NCBI GenBank assembly: GCA_046598945.1
Contig: JBKJHT010000033.1
Location: forward strand, 10,008-74,007
DNA length: 64,000 nucleotides
From: Burkholderiales bacterium
Lineage (GTDB): Bacteria; Pseudomonadota; Gammaproteobacteria; Burkholderiales; JALYOK01
Direction: 5' to 3'
Shown here: positions 1 to 10,983 of the stretch, piece by piece
Layout: the number at the start of each line of letters is the position of its first letter
How positions within the stretch are numbered: position 1 is the first letter of the stretch
Notes under the pieces: model-generated
What the model was told of the DNA's origin: nothing
Seen by the model: the letters and a program-made list of their open reading frames with translations, nothing else
Databases searched by the model: none
Position numbers and translations under genes: made by a program

Positions 1-672
1 AAAGCCCAGTATCCGCGCGCCTTCCAGGACAGCCGGATGCGGCACGAATAACGGCTTGTGGCGTAGTAACGTCATACCTTCGATACCTATCATGCGACAG
101 AAATTTTCCAAAGTTTCGCGGCTCGACGCCTGAATCGCAGCAATATCGTTACGTTGCAATAAATCCGCTACCTGGCGCGTCGAAACGTCCGGGGAGCGGC
201 GCGTATAGCACTCAATATACGCGACTTTTGCGCCCCGTTGGCAAAGCACACTGCGTAAAGCTTCGCGCCCGCCGACACCGCGAAAAATGACAATACGTTC
301 GCCTGAAACCGTTTGTAGCGCGTTGGATTCTAGCAACGCGTCGCTGTCGGCGCCGCTATCGGGCACGATAATGTCGCGGTAACCCTTGACTTCAAGTGCC
401 TGCGCCGTTGTTTTACCGATGGCAGCCAGTCGCAAACGTTTCGGCAATGAATTCTTAACGTAGCGCAGCCCAAATTCAACCGCGTTGGCACTAATAAAAA
501 TCGCAACGTCGGCGTCATTGAGGATGGCACGGGTTTCCGGCGGCGGATCGTGTTCAAAAATCTCCAACGCCGGGAAAAGCAGGGCGCGGCCGCCCGCGGC
601 CTCGATCAAGCGCGCCACAGTCTGTGCTTGAGCGGCGGGGCGGGTGAGAATAATGCCCGTATTCGGTAACAC
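1..672 (-). CDS. hemD: uroporphyrinogen-III synthase, partial (C-terminus runs off the left edge)
   Basis: Absent from the ORF track because it is open at the window edge. My minus-strand translation from GTG 670-672 reads [44 protein letters not shown]... with no stop down to position 1. The start overlaps the hemC stop (TAGTG), which is the usual hemC-hemD coupling. Confidence 0.8.
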   Translation of the reverse strand, partial: MLPNTGIILTRPAAQAQTVARLIEAAGGRALLFPALEIFEHDPPPETRAILNDADVAIFISANAVEFGLRYVKNSLPKRLRLAAIGKTTAQALEVKGYRDIIVPDSGADSDALLESNALQTVSGERIVIFRGVGGREALRSVLCQRGAKVAYIECYTRRSPDVSTRQVADLLQRNDIAAIQASSRETLENFCRMIGIEGMTLLRHKPLFVPHPAVLEGARILGF

Positions 673-1625
673 TATACTTCTGCAAGGGGAAGCGGATCAG
701 CGCCGAGGGAGGCAAGAATTTCCGCCGCGCCGTCGGCCATCAGTTGCTCGGCGAGTCGCGTGCCCAGTTCCTCCGCTTGCGTCGGCTCGCCGCACAGTGA
801 GCGGCGAATCAATTGTGCACCGTCGGGCGAGGCGACAAAGCCGGTGAGCGACAACAGGTCGCCGTCGCGAATGGCATGACAACCAAGCGGCACCTCGCAA
901 CTGCCGCCGAGGCGCCTTGAAAACGCCCGCTCGGCGAGTACCGCGACCATTGCGTTTTGTTCCGTTAGTGGCGCCAGCCAAGCCGCAAGGTCATCGCGTT
1001 CGGCGCGGTATTCGATGCCCAAGGCGCCCTGGCCGACGGCGGGAATGCTTTCCTCCGGCGGCAACGACGCACGGATGCGATGCGCCAGGCCGAGTCGCTT
1101 CAGGCCTGCCGCCGCGAGAATAATGGCAGCGTATTGCCCTTCATCGAGCTTGCGCAAACGCGTTTCAACGTTGCCGCGCAACGGCTCGACCTTGAGACGG
1201 GGAAAGCGCGCGCGCAACTGACTTTCGCGCCGCAGGCTCGAGGTTCCAATGACTGCCCCATGGGGCAATTCCATGAGCGTAGCAAATTGGTTAGAAACGA
1301 AGGCATCACGCGGATCCTCGCGCTCACCAGCGACCATCAGCGCAAATCCCGCCGGCAACTCGACCGGAACGTCCTTCATGGAATGCACCGCGATATCGGC
1401 CTCGCCGCGCTCCAGCGCTTGCTCTAGTTCTTTTACGAACAGACCCTTACCGCCCACTTTGCTCAAAGTGCGATCGAGAATTTGATCGCCGCGCGTGGTC
1501 ATGCCGAAAACGGCAACATCGCAGCCGGGGTAAAGCCCGTGCAGGCGATCTTGGATATGGTGGGCTTGCCACAGGGCAAGTTTGCTCTCGCGCGTAGCGA
1601 TGACGATTTTAGTGGGCTGGGACAC
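672..1625 (-). CDS. hemC: porphobilinogen deaminase (hydroxymethylbilane synthase)
   Basis: ORF 672..1682 contains [16 protein letters not shown]...[10 protein letters not shown] and is HemC-like over its full length. I prefer the GTG at 1623-1625 ([12 protein letters not shown]) because it gives a typical N-terminal length. The GTG at 1680-1682 is the alternative. Confidence 0.9.
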   Translation of the reverse strand: MSQPTKIVIATRESKLALWQAHHIQDRLHGLYPGCDVAVFGMTTRGDQILDRTLSKVGGKGLFVKELEQALERGEADIAVHSMKDVPVELPAGFALMVAGEREDPRDAFVSNQFATLMELPHGAVIGTSSLRRESQLRARFPRLKVEPLRGNVETRLRKLDEGQYAAIILAAAGLKRLGLAHRIRASLPPEESIPAVGQGALGIEYRAERDDLAAWLAPLTEQNAMVAVLAERAFSRRLGGSCEVPLGCHAIRDGDLLSLTGFVASPDGAQLIRRSLCGEPTQAEELGTRLAEQLMADGAAEILASLGADPLPLAEV

Positions 1626-1840
1626 GGGCGAATCGACTGGCGGAAATTGAGTGAATGTTAGCACGACGCGAACCGTCGCCACGGTATCGCCAAGCGAATT
1701 GACGGCTTATTCCGGCTTTTTGAAATATAGAATTAACCGTACCTCGATTTCCAGCGGCGGCGTATGGATCGGCTTGACAATATGACGTGTATACACATAG
1801 TTAACTGATCTGTTGAGTAGTCAGCCAGCCGATTTAACAT

Positions 1841-2080
1841 TTGTTAACAACCGAATGGCGTCAGATCCGGCGCGAAACCAATCGCACCGCGGCCAAGTTA
1901 GCCGAGATTCAAAGCTCGCTGAAAACCGCAGGTTTCGATCCGGGTAGCACCGATGGCGTGATGACCACGAAATCGTTTAGCGCTGTTCAGGCATATCAGC
2001 AGTCCAAGAATCTGCCCGTGGATTCCGGCCGCTACATCAATGTCGCAACGGTGAAAGCACTGGCTGTCGGAGCGAAGTAA
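1841..2080 (+). CDS. small stand-alone peptidoglycan-binding (PG_binding_1-like) domain protein, possibly a gene remnant
   Basis: 79-aa ORF with a TTG start. The segment LKTAGFDPGSTDGVMTTKSFSAVQAYQQSKNLPVDSG resembles the PG-binding repeat. It has no signal peptide and is followed by a strong terminator. Confidence 0.45.
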   Translation: MLTTEWRQIRRETNRTAAKLAEIQSSLKTAGFDPGSTDGVMTTKSFSAVQAYQQSKNLPVDSGRYINVATVKALAVGAK

Positions 2081-2123
2081 TCAAGCCTCACAAATAATGA
2101 CCTAAGTAGCCAAGCGCTGCAAA

Positions 2124-2158
2124 CAAAAAAAGCCGTCGCGATTTGGACGGCTTTTTTC
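2124..2158. terminator. bidirectional rho-independent terminator between convergent genes
   Basis: AAAAAAAGCCGTC-GCGATTTG-GACGGCTTTTTTC: a GC stem with an A-run 5' and a T-run 3'. It lies between the 1841..2080 (+) ORF and dprA (-). Confidence 0.8.
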
Positions 2159-2185
2159 TTGTGCCTTAGATCCTAAAGTCCAGCG

Positions 2186-3265
2186 TCATTTCACCAGTCG
2201 TTGATAGCGCCCACCCGGCAGCGTTTGCACTAGGCCTCTGAGTTCAAGCTCCAGAAGTCGTCCGCCGAGATATTCCGGACTGAGGCCCGTTCGGGCGACC
2301 AGTGTATCAAGTGGTTCCGGATCGAAACCCAAATGAATCAAGACAGGGTCGTCTGTCGCCGCAACTGCACTAGGAGATGAATCTACGCGCGGTAACCAGT
2401 TTATTTCTTCCAAAACATCCTCGGCACGCTCGACCAGTTTCGCCCCCTGTTTGATTAATTGGTGGCAACCCTTCGACAGCGCCGAGTGAATCGATCCGGG
2501 AATAGCGAAGACATCGCGGCCCTGTTCCAAGGCGAGGCGCGCGGTAATAAGCGACCCGCTTGACACCGCGGCCTCCACCACCAGGCAACCCCGGCTTAGC
2601 CCGCTGATGATGCGGTTGCGACGCGGAAAATTGTTCGCCAGGGCAGGCGTGCCCAGCGGAAATTCAGATACCAGCGCACCGTGCTGGGCAAGCTGGTGAG
2701 CAAGTTCTTTATTGCGCGCCGGGTAGACTCGATCCAAGCCCGTGCCGACCACCGCGATACTCTTCCCGGCACCCGCTAAACCACCTCGGTGCGCGGCCGT
2801 ATCGATGCCCAGCGCCATGCCGCTGACGATGCACAACCCGCTCTGGCTCAGACTCTTGGAAAAATTTTCCGCATTGCTGGCGCCCTGCGCGGTGGCGTTA
2901 CGGCTCCCCACCACGGCAACTGCGGGCGCGCGAAGTAAGTCGATACTTCCAACAACGTAGAGAAGTGGCGGCGGACTTTCGGTTTCCAGCAGCAACGGTG
3001 GGTAAGCGGGATCGCCCAGGGTAACCATGGCGTGGTTAGGATGCTCCAGCCATGCCAATGTCTTGGCGACGATCGCTTCACTGTCGTGGGATTTGATATG
3101 ATCGGCAAGCTTACCGCCGACCACCTGAGCTAAAGACGACTCACTGGCATCAACAATGGCCTGCGGTGACCCAAAATGCTGGAGTAGCTTCCTCTGACCG
3201 TGGTCGCCCAGCCCCGGAACGACGCTTACTTTGATCCAACTCGCGGCCTCATCGTGGCTGGGCAT
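2186..3265 (-). CDS. dprA: DNA-processing protein DprA (Smf)
   Basis: 359 aa. Contains VVGSRNATAQG...GMALGIDTAAHRGGL...FPRRNRIISGLS, the Rossmann-like DprA core. Sits in conserved dprA / def-fmt synteny. Confidence 0.92.
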   Translation of the reverse strand: MPSHDEAASWIKVSVVPGLGDHGQRKLLQHFGSPQAIVDASESSLAQVVGGKLADHIKSHDSEAIVAKTLAWLEHPNHAMVTLGDPAYPPLLLETESPPPLLYVVGSIDLLRAPAVAVVGSRNATAQGASNAENFSKSLSQSGLCIVSGMALGIDTAAHRGGLAGAGKSIAVVGTGLDRVYPARNKELAHQLAQHGALVSEFPLGTPALANNFPRRNRIISGLSRGCLVVEAAVSSGSLITARLALEQGRDVFAIPGSIHSALSKGCHQLIKQGAKLVERAEDVLEEINWLPRVDSSPSAVAATDDPVLIHLGFDPEPLDTLVARTGLSPEYLGGRLLELELRGLVQTLPGGRYQRLVK

Positions 3266-3274
3266 TGCGAGTAC

Positions 3275-4330
3275 TTAAGGCGTTTGGACGACGTCACCCA
3301 GGCTAAATTGACGCGTGCTTTGTAACACCAAGGCATAAGACAGATTGTCGAACACGCGGAAAATGAAAATCAGCCCGACTCGCTCATCCGGCAGCTTCAC
3401 TTTTTTGCCGCGTTTGAGTTCCGATGGCACCCATTCGCCATTACGATACGCGGCCAACACATGACCGATTTCCATGCCGTCGCGTTTGCCGCGGTTAACG
3501 GTGACAATGGAATTTTGTGCGACTTCGTTAACGGAATTGTAAGCGGAGACGATGCGTCCCTTGATCGCCTTGTCAGGGGCATGCGGCACATAGGCAATGT
3601 AGGATTCCTCTTCGGTATTGATTACGCGATCACCGCGATTGACCTCAAATTTCGAACGCACAATATCGGCGATCGCTGGATCGCCGAAGCGTTTCACGTA
3701 GGCATCGCCGACATAGATTGCCTCATAACCCAACACCACACGCTCGTTATCCGGGTCGAGCAATTTCTTGCCGGGACGATAAATCTGCCAGTCGCGACCC
3801 TTGCTGCTGTCGATACCTTCGATGTAAGCGATACTACCTTTGCCAACGATAACGTGATTGTCTTCCGACGCCACGATCGCCGGCGCGGAATCAAGCGCCC
3901 CTTCTTGGATAAACAAAGGTTTTGCTAAAAACGGCTCGATATCCTGGGCGCGAATACTGGGAATCGCATCCGCTTCCAAGGCTTCGCTACGGATACGCGG
4001 GTCGTATTTTTCCGTTCCGCCGGCACCGCCGTTGGCCACCTCAACACCGCCGCGCAGCAAACGCAAGCGTGGGTTGGCGCCACTCTTGTCCAACGCGATC
4101 ACATCGCCGGGATAAATCCAATGCGGGTTTTTAATCTGCTCGCGGTTTAGATTCCAAATCTCCGGCCAGCGCCACGGGCTTTCCAGAAATTGAGCGGAAA
4201 TATCCCACAGGGTATCGCCCTTCTTCACCGTGTAGATGTCTGGCGCACTTTCTTTTAGCTGGAGTTCATCCGCGTTTACGGGCAGCGCAAAGCAGCAAGC
4301 GAGAACGACAAAGGATATAATGCGTCGCAT
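3275..4330 (-). CDS. LysM domain-containing periplasmic protein
   Basis: Signal peptide MRRIISFVVLACCFALPVNA. LysM motif YTVKKGDTLWDISAQFL...WIYPGDVI. Start taken at the ATG at 4328-4330, which follows an AGGAC. This is the usual neighbour of dprA/def. Confidence 0.85.
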   Translation of the reverse strand: MRRIISFVVLACCFALPVNADELQLKESAPDIYTVKKGDTLWDISAQFLESPWRWPEIWNLNREQIKNPHWIYPGDVIALDKSGANPRLRLLRGGVEVANGGAGGTEKYDPRIRSEALEADAIPSIRAQDIEPFLAKPLFIQEGALDSAPAIVASEDNHVIVGKGSIAYIEGIDSSKGRDWQIYRPGKKLLDPDNERVVLGYEAIYVGDAYVKRFGDPAIADIVRSKFEVNRGDRVINTEEESYIAYVPHAPDKAIKGRIVSAYNSVNEVAQNSIVTVNRGKRDGMEIGHVLAAYRNGEWVPSELKRGKKVKLPDERVGLIFIFRVFDNLSYALVLQSTRQFSLGDVVQTP

Positions 4331-4414
4331 AGTCAGTCCTATCGTAATGTCAGGCAAAAAGCCTAAAGTGATTTACTAGATTGTGCACATAATTTGTTAA
4401 ATTTGCAAGATTTT

Positions 4415-4918
4415 ATGGCAATTCTCAATATTCTCAAGTATCCCGATCCAAGGCTCCATACCGTTGCCAAGCCGGTCGATAAAGTAGACGACAAAGTGCG
4501 TAAGCTGATCGACGACATGGCGCAAACGATGTACGGCGCGCCGGGCATTGGCCTGGCCGCGACCCAAGTGGATGTGCATCGACAAATCATCGTCATGGAC
4601 ATCAGCGACGAACGCAATGACCTGAAGGTGTTCATCAATCCGCGTTTGACTAAAACCGAGGGCAGCGCCGAACACGAGGAAGGCTGCCTGTCGGTTCCCG
4701 GTGTTTTCGATCACGTCACGCGCGCAGAAAAAATTACCGTGCAAGCGCTGGATCGAGATGGCAACATCTTCACCCTGGACGCCAGGGATCTGCTCGGCGT
4801 ATGCATCCAACACGAAATGGATCACCTTAAAGGCAAAGTGTTCGTCGAGTATTTGTCGCCGCTCAAACAAAATCGCATACGAACCAGGATGAAAAAGGCG
4901 CAGCGTCGCGCCGCGTAG
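4415..4918 (+). CDS. def: peptide deformylase
   Basis: [15 protein letters not shown]..., with motifs [17 protein letters not shown] and QHEMDHL. Confidence 0.95.
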   Translation: MAILNILKYPDPRLHTVAKPVDKVDDKVRKLIDDMAQTMYGAPGIGLAATQVDVHRQIIVMDISDERNDLKVFINPRLTKTEGSAEHEEGCLSVPGVFDHVTRAEKITVQALDRDGNIFTLDARDLLGVCIQHEMDHLKGKVFVEYLSPLKQNRIRTRMKKAQRRAA

Positions 4919-4931
4919 CCACCTTGCCAGA

Positions 4932-4982
4932 CGCCGCTAGGAGCTTGCCTCGTGGCAGTGCATGCCCGGAACGCCGCTCTGG
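4932..4982 (+). repeat. REP-like intergenic repeat copy (family core CCTCGTGGCA-N-TGCATGCC)
   Basis: CGCCGCTAGGAGCTTGCCTCGTGGCAGTGCATGCCCGGAACGCCGCTCTGG, located between def and fmt. Confidence 0.55.
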
Positions 4983-5015
4983 TAATGCCTCTTCAGCCTA
5001 TCGCCGGGAACATAA

Positions 5016-5945
5016 ATGCGCTTAATATTCGCCGGTACGCCGGAATTCGCAGTTGCGGCGCTGGCGGCGCTGATCGACGCCAAACACGACATCGCCATGG
5101 TGCTGACGCAGCCGGATCGTCCGGCGGGTCGCGGGTTGCGCGAAACGCCAAGCCCGGTCAAACGTCTGGCGCAGCAGTACGGCATTGACGTGTTTCAACC
5201 GATCACACTCAAAATCCCCGATAACCAGGCCAAAATCGCGACGGTGAAGGCGGACGTCATGGTCGTCGCGGCGTACGGCTTAATCTTACCGCAGGCCGTG
5301 CTCGACATTCCCCGCCTCGGCTGCATTAACATCCACGGCTCGCTGCTGCCTCGGTGGCGCGGGGCGGCCCCAATCCATCGCGCGATACTTGTCGGCGACC
5401 GCGAGACCGGCATCACCATCATGCAAATGGCGGCGGGGCTGGATACCGGGCCGACGTTGATGCGCGAGTCGATTCCAATCGACGCCAAGGACACCACCGC
5501 CACATTGCACGACCAACTGGCGACGCTCGGTGGAAAGTTGATCGTTCGTGCGTTGCAGCAACTGCAAAATGGGACGCTCGCCGCCACGCCGCAACCCGAT
5601 GAAGGTGTCACCGACGCCACCAAAATCAGCAAGTCGGAAGCGCGAATTAATTGGAACTTGTCGGCCGCCGAAATCGAGCGACAAGTGCGCGCATTTAATC
5701 CGTTCCCCATTGCGCAAACGCGATGGCGCGGCGAGCCCCTGCGCATCTGGAAAGCCGAACTCGCTGGCGAAGAAAATCGCTGCCCCGGCAGCATCGTCGG
5801 CGTCGAAAAAGATCGCATCGTCGTCGCCTGCGGCGCAGGCACGCTGGCATTGACGGAACTGCAACGTGCCGGGGGTAAACGCCTCGCCGCGCGGGCGTTT
5901 CTACAAGGAATTTCGATTCAGGTCGGCGAGCGTTTCGGCGATTGA
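5016..5945 (+). CDS. fmt: methionyl-tRNA formyltransferase
   Basis: [13 protein letters not shown]...[17 protein letters not shown]. Lies immediately downstream of def. Confidence 0.95.
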   Translation: MRLIFAGTPEFAVAALAALIDAKHDIAMVLTQPDRPAGRGLRETPSPVKRLAQQYGIDVFQPITLKIPDNQAKIATVKADVMVVAAYGLILPQAVLDIPRLGCINIHGSLLPRWRGAAPIHRAILVGDRETGITIMQMAAGLDTGPTLMRESIPIDAKDTTATLHDQLATLGGKLIVRALQQLQNGTLAATPQPDEGVTDATKISKSEARINWNLSAAEIERQVRAFNPFPIAQTRWRGEPLRIWKAELAGEENRCPGSIVGVEKDRIVVACGAGTLALTELQRAGGKRLAARAFLQGISIQVGERFGD

Positions 5946-6012
5946 AAATGTCACACCCAACCCCATTTATCTATTGAATAATTTTGTTCACGTTGCAAAG
6001 AAAGGAAACGCA

Positions 6013-6864
6013 ATGTTAGGCAATTGGCTCAAGACCAGCATATTAATGGCGGGCATTGTCGCGCTGTTCGGCATGGTCGGTGCTTCGTTGGGCGGTTACA
6101 ACGGCATGATCATCGCGCTGCTGCTGGCCGTCGGCATGAACTTCTACGCCTATTGGTTCTCCGACAAAATGGTGTTGCGCATGTACAACGCACAGGAAGT
6201 CGACGAAACCAGCGGCGGCAGCTACTATCGCATGGTGCGGGAACTGGCGGCGAAGGCCGAGTTACCGATGCCGCGCGTGTACATCATCAACGAGGATCAG
6301 CCGAATGCGTTCGCCACCGGCCGCAATCCGGAACACGCCGCCGTGGCAGCGACCACCGGCATCATGCGCGTCCTGTCGGAACGCGAACTGCGCGCCGTCA
6401 TGGCGCATGAATTGGCGCACGTCAAGCATCGCGATATTCTCACCTCGACCATTTCCGCCAGCGTCGCCGGAGCGATTTCGTCCATCGCGCAATTCGGCAT
6501 GTTCTTCGGTGGGAATCGTTCCAACGAAGGGGGCCACGGCAGTGGTTTGAGTGGCATTTTGGTCATGATCTTGGCGCCGATTGCAGCGATGCTGATTCAG
6601 TTTGCCATCTCCCGTGCGCGCGAATTCGAAGCCGATCGCGGCGGCGCGGAAATTTCCGGCGACCCGCAGGCCCTGGCCTCGGCACTGGACAAAATTCATC
6701 GCTACGCCAAAGGCATTCCCATGGCCGCCGCCGACGCTCACCCGGAAACCGGCCAAATGATGATCATAAATCCGCTCTCCGGCGGCAGCCTGGCCGGACT
6801 ATTCAGCACCCACCCCGACACCGGCGAGCGTATCGCGCGGCTTGAGGCCATGGCACGCGCTTGA
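6013..6864 (+). CDS. htpX: M48-family zinc protease HtpX
   Basis: Start at ATG 6013 after AAAGGAAA. The N-terminal extension in the ORF track is unlikely. TM-rich N-terminus and [10 protein letters not shown] (HExxH). Confidence 0.9.
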   Translation: MLGNWLKTSILMAGIVALFGMVGASLGGYNGMIIALLLAVGMNFYAYWFSDKMVLRMYNAQEVDETSGGSYYRMVRELAAKAELPMPRVYIINEDQPNAFATGRNPEHAAVAATTGIMRVLSERELRAVMAHELAHVKHRDILTSTISASVAGAISSIAQFGMFFGGNRSNEGGHGSGLSGILVMILAPIAAMLIQFAISRAREFEADRGGAEISGDPQALASALDKIHRYAKGIPMAAADAHPETGQMMIINPLSGGSLAGLFSTHPDTGERIARLEAMARA

Positions 6865-8135
6865 TCCTCGTTCAGCGGCTGGCGAGCAAGGCGATTGCCG
6901 AGGTTCTAGCCGGACGCAATCTTGATCGCGTCCTCAAGAAGACCTGGGCGCAACATAGCGCCACGCTCACCCCAAGCGAGCGCGGCGCTATTCAAGACAT
7001 TAGCTTTGGCGCGCTGCGCTGTTACGGTGAGCTGAAAGCGATTCTGGCAAAGTTGATGACGCGTCCGCTAAAGGAACCGGACATCTTTGCGCTCCTCGTC
7101 ATCACGCTGTTTCAACTGCGCCACAGCAAGGCCGCGTCCCACGCCATCGTCGATCATGCCGTGCAAACCAGCGTCGCGCTGGGCAAGCCGCATCTGAAAG
7201 GTTTAGTCAACGCCGTATTGCGCAATTATTTGCGGCAAAGCGAAACACTTTCTGCCGCGATACAAGGCGATGTCGAAGCACGTTTTTCCTATCCCGCCTG
7301 GTGGATCGAGAAGGTTCAGGCGCAGTACCCGGCGCAATGGGAAGCCATCCTCATGGCCGGGAATCAGCATCCACCCATGACCGTGCGCGTCAATCGTCGC
7401 AGGGGCGACGCGCAAACGTATTTGAAACAATTGGCGGAAGCTGGAATCGCAGCGCTACGCGGCGAATACGACTCGATCATCCTTGCCCATCCGGTCGGGA
7501 TCGAACGCCTTCCCGGTTTTGCCGATGGTGTCGTCTCGGTACAAGATCAAGGCGCCCAATACGCCGCCCATTTACTCGACCTCGCGCCAGGACAACGGGT
7601 GCTTGATGCCTGCGCTGCGCCCGGCGGCAAGGCCGGGCATATACTGGAAATCGCTGACGTGGAACTGACCGCCATCGACAAAGATGCGGAACGACTGTCG
7701 CAAGTCGGCGACAATCTCAATCGATTAGATCTTACCGCCAAGCTAAAAGCCGCAGACGCCACCAAGCTTGATCAATGGTGGGACAAGCAGCCGTTTGACC
7801 GCATTTTGTGCGATGTGCCGTGTACCGCTTCGGGTGTGGTGAAGCGCCATCCGGACATTAAATGGCTGCGTCGGGCCACCGATATTGCATCATTCGCACA
7901 ACAACAAGTGGAACTTCTGGCGGTTTTGTGGCAGACCCTGACCCCAGGCGGGAAATTGCTGTACGCTACTTGCTCCGTCTTTGCGGACGAAAACCAACGC
8001 CAAGTCGTTGATTTTTGTCGACATCACCCCGATGCAGTGTTACTACCCTTTTCTCACGCCCGCGCCGAAGGCTTGCAATTGCTGCCCAACCCAGGCGCGG
8101 ATGGTTTCTTTTACGCCTTGTTGCAAAAACGATAA
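6861..8135 (+). CDS. rsmB: 16S rRNA (cytosine967-C5)-methyltransferase
   Basis: 424 aa. Contains [28 protein letters not shown] and LYATCS. The TTG start overlaps the htpX stop, so the exact start is uncertain. Confidence 0.9.
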   Translation: MILVQRLASKAIAEVLAGRNLDRVLKKTWAQHSATLTPSERGAIQDISFGALRCYGELKAILAKLMTRPLKEPDIFALLVITLFQLRHSKAASHAIVDHAVQTSVALGKPHLKGLVNAVLRNYLRQSETLSAAIQGDVEARFSYPAWWIEKVQAQYPAQWEAILMAGNQHPPMTVRVNRRRGDAQTYLKQLAEAGIAALRGEYDSIILAHPVGIERLPGFADGVVSVQDQGAQYAAHLLDLAPGQRVLDACAAPGGKAGHILEIADVELTAIDKDAERLSQVGDNLNRLDLTAKLKAADATKLDQWWDKQPFDRILCDVPCTASGVVKRHPDIKWLRRATDIASFAQQQVELLAVLWQTLTPGGKLLYATCSVFADENQRQVVDFCRHHPDAVLLPFSHARAEGLQLLPNPGADGFFYALLQKR

Positions 8136-8706
8136 TTCTGTTTTTGCGGGCGCGTTGTTGTTCGCATTTCGACATCTCGCGCTACTAGTGGGATTACTTG
8201 CAATGATAACTGCTACGCGCGCCAATGAATTGTCGGTTAAAAATGCCAGCCTCGCGCCGAGCCCGCAAGGCTACCAAGTCAACGCCAATTTCGACCTCAA
8301 ACTCAATGACACGCTTGAAGAGGCGTTAGAGCGCGGCGTGGTTCTATTTTTTATCGTCGAAAGCCACCTTTGGCGGCCGCGTTGGTGGTGGTTTAACGAA
8401 ACGATTGCGAGCGCCCGGGAAACGCGTAAGCTCTCTTATAATTCTCTAACACGGCAATATCGGCTGAGCGCGGGAAATCAGTACCAAAATTTTAACGCCC
8501 TTGATGATGCCGAAACGGCGCTCGCTCAGGTACGCAATCAAACCCTAGCGGAATCGAACGCGCTGAACAAAGAGAACCGCTATCGTGCTTCGGTACGCTT
8601 GTGGCTGGACGTAACACAACTGCCGAAACCGTTCCAAGTAAAAGCGGTGACGGCGACGGACTGGAAGCTGGATTCCAATGAGTGGGTTTTCGACGTCATT
8701 CTCTGA
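8101..8706 (+). CDS. DUF4390-like exported protein
   Basis: Hydrophobic leader [27 protein letters not shown]. It holds the conserved position between rsmB and ntrY. The start is uncertain: ATG 8101, a TTG near 8155 or ATG 8203. Confidence 0.7.
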   Translation: MVSFTPCCKNDNSVFAGALLFAFRHLALLVGLLAMITATRANELSVKNASLAPSPQGYQVNANFDLKLNDTLEEALERGVVLFFIVESHLWRPRWWWFNETIASARETRKLSYNSLTRQYRLSAGNQYQNFNALDDAETALAQVRNQTLAESNALNKENRYRASVRLWLDVTQLPKPFQVKAVTATDWKLDSNEWVFDVIL

Positions 8707-10852
8707 AAATGCCAGATCGCGCGGACTGCGCTGGCTCGTCGCAGTCTGCGCGGCGATCGGCACTGGACTCGTTTACTTAATATCCCAGGCAAGCTCCAAT
8801 ACGACCTTGTTCGCGCGCAGCTATCCGTGGCTCCTGGCCATGGGCGGCGTATTGGCGTTCGGCCTGATCCTGATCATCACCTCCCAGTTGTGGTCCTTAC
8901 GCCAGAAGGTAAAGAGCCATGTGTTCGGCTCGCGGCTGACGCAGCGCCTGCTCACCATTCTGGCGCTAATGGCCTTGGTGCCGGGCATCTTGGTTTACGT
9001 GCTGTCGGTGCAATTCCTGTCGAAGAGCATCGAATCTTGGTTCAACGTTAAAGTTGAAAAGGGCTTGGAAAGCGGCCTTAACCTGGGTCGCACCACCTTC
9101 GACCGTTTGCTCCGCGAACTAGAAGCCAAGGCGGCCTACATGGGCAGCCAGTTGCTCGACGTGCCGCCGGGCGACTTGGTGTCCGTCGTCAATCAATTGC
9201 GCGAAGACGGGGGAGTAGAAGAAGTCACCCTTATTACCGGTCGCGGCCGTGTCATCGCGTTCTCCGGGCGCGAGCGGGTCGGACTAGCGCCCGATATACC
9301 GAACTCGAAAATATTGCGCCAAGTGCGCAACTCTCAAACCTACCGTGCCGTCGACGCCGGCGACGCACCAGGACGTTATCTGTTGCGTGTCGTGGTGCCG
9401 ATCGACCACGTTGGCATCGAGGATGGCATTCGTGCACTACAAGTGTTGGACTTCGCGCCGGCGAGTTTGGCGCAAGATGCGGAAACCGTCCGCGCCGTCA
9501 GCAGCGAATACAAGGAAATCGCGTTCGCGCGCTCCGGCTTGCGGTCATTATTTGGTTTGGCGTTAACACTGTCGCTGCTGCTCACTTTACTGGTCGCCGT
9601 TGCCCTGGCGATTCTGCTCAGCGAGCGCCTCAGCGCGCCATTGGGCATGCTTGCAGAGAGCGCGCGCGCCGTCGGCAAAGGTGACTTCAGCAAAGTGAAT
9701 CCGGTGAAAAGCCGCGATGAATTGGGCGTGTTGACGCAATCGTTCAACACCATGATGCGGCGTTTGGGCGAAACGTCCGAACAAGTCACGCGCAACCAAC
9801 AACAGTTGGAAAATGCCAGATCCTATTTGGAAAATATTCTCGGCCGCCTGTCGGCCGGTGTGCTCGCCTTCGACGAGCGTTTCATGTTGCGCACGGTCAA
9901 TCCGAGCGCGACGGAAATTCTGCAGATCAAACTGAACCAGTTGCGCGGCATTCATTTACAAGACTGGGGCAACGTGTTGCCGGAGCTAAAGTCCCTGGTC
10001 GCGGAGATCGTCGGCGAGTTCGGCAGCACTGGCGGCAAGTCGTGGGAAAAGCAAATCGAGTTTCTGAGCAAGGCCGGCGAACGCACGTTGCTAGTGCGCG
10101 GCACGCGTCTGCCGGCCCATATCGAAAGCGGTTACATTGTTGTATTCGACGACATTACCCACTTGATGCAGGCACAACGCGATGCCGCGTGGGGCGAAGT
10201 AGCGCGCCGCCTGGCGCACGAAATCAAGAATCCGCTCACGCCGATCCAACTGGCCGCGGAACACTTACAATACAAACTCGCCGATCACCTGGATGCGGCC
10301 GACGCCGCGATGCTGAATCGTGCGACCCGCACCATCGTCAACCAAGTCGGTGCGTTGAAAAGCATGGTGGATGATTTCGCCGAATACGCGCGCACCTCGC
10401 GCATGAACCCGCAGGTGCTGGATCTCAACGGTTTAATTCGCGAAATCCTGGTTCTATACGAAACAATGGGGGCGCATATTTCCCTCGAACTCGATCCCGG
10501 CCTGCCAAAAATCAACGGCGACGTAAAGCTACTGCGCCAGGTGCTGCATAACCTGATTCAAAATGCGCTGGATGCCTTGGCAGAAGTGAGCAATCCAAGC
10601 GTACTGATCAAGACCGAGCAAAATGATTCCGGCATTCGTCTATCGATATCCGACAATGGCAGCGGTTTTTCCGAAGCGCTTTTATCGCGCGTGTTCGAGC
10701 CCTACGTCACCACCAAACCCAAGGGCACGGGCCTCGGCCTGGCCATCGTAAAACGCATTATCGAAGAGCACCACGGCCGCATTCAAGTCGCCAATAGGCA
10801 GCCGCGCGGAGCCAATGTGAGCATCCAGTTACCGCTGGCCAAAGCCGCGTAG
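8678..10852 (+). CDS. ntrY: NtrY-like sensor histidine kinase (TM-HAMP-PAS-HisKA-HATPase)
   Basis: 724 aa. H-box [15 protein letters not shown]-box [18 protein letters not shown], and N-terminal TM segments. Confidence 0.88.
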   Translation: MSGFSTSFSENARSRGLRWLVAVCAAIGTGLVYLISQASSNTTLFARSYPWLLAMGGVLAFGLILIITSQLWSLRQKVKSHVFGSRLTQRLLTILALMALVPGILVYVLSVQFLSKSIESWFNVKVEKGLESGLNLGRTTFDRLLRELEAKAAYMGSQLLDVPPGDLVSVVNQLREDGGVEEVTLITGRGRVIAFSGRERVGLAPDIPNSKILRQVRNSQTYRAVDAGDAPGRYLLRVVVPIDHVGIEDGIRALQVLDFAPASLAQDAETVRAVSSEYKEIAFARSGLRSLFGLALTLSLLLTLLVAVALAILLSERLSAPLGMLAESARAVGKGDFSKVNPVKSRDELGVLTQSFNTMMRRLGETSEQVTRNQQQLENARSYLENILGRLSAGVLAFDERFMLRTVNPSATEILQIKLNQLRGIHLQDWGNVLPELKSLVAEIVGEFGSTGGKSWEKQIEFLSKAGERTLLVRGTRLPAHIESGYIVVFDDITHLMQAQRDAAWGEVARRLAHEIKNPLTPIQLAAEHLQYKLADHLDAADAAMLNRATRTIVNQVGALKSMVDDFAEYARTSRMNPQVLDLNGLIREILVLYETMGAHISLELDPGLPKINGDVKLLRQVLHNLIQNALDALAEVSNPSVLIKTEQNDSGIRLSISDNGSGFSEALLSRVFEPYVTTKPKGTGLGLAIVKRIIEEHHGRIQVANRQPRGANVSIQLPLAKAA

Positions 10853-10983
10853 TGTGCGCGGCTGGAACGCGATTTCGTTGGGATTCGCGTAGCTTTCTCG
10901 CTACGCCTTCGCATTCCGGTGTACTATTTCGCCGTTTACAGGCGTTTCAGGGGCACGGCGCCCCGAGCAATAATTGTTAAAAA

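Noticed and set aside
5866-6012. Long N-terminal extensions in the ORF track (htpX 5866, lspA 22767, ispH 23521, glnA 45155, pilW 30095, metK 36488, the permease 12382, and others)
   Set aside because: The extensions overlap upstream genes or REP elements. They lack SD sequences and are not part of the conserved family N-termini. Internal starts that match family N-termini, often with an SD, were used instead.
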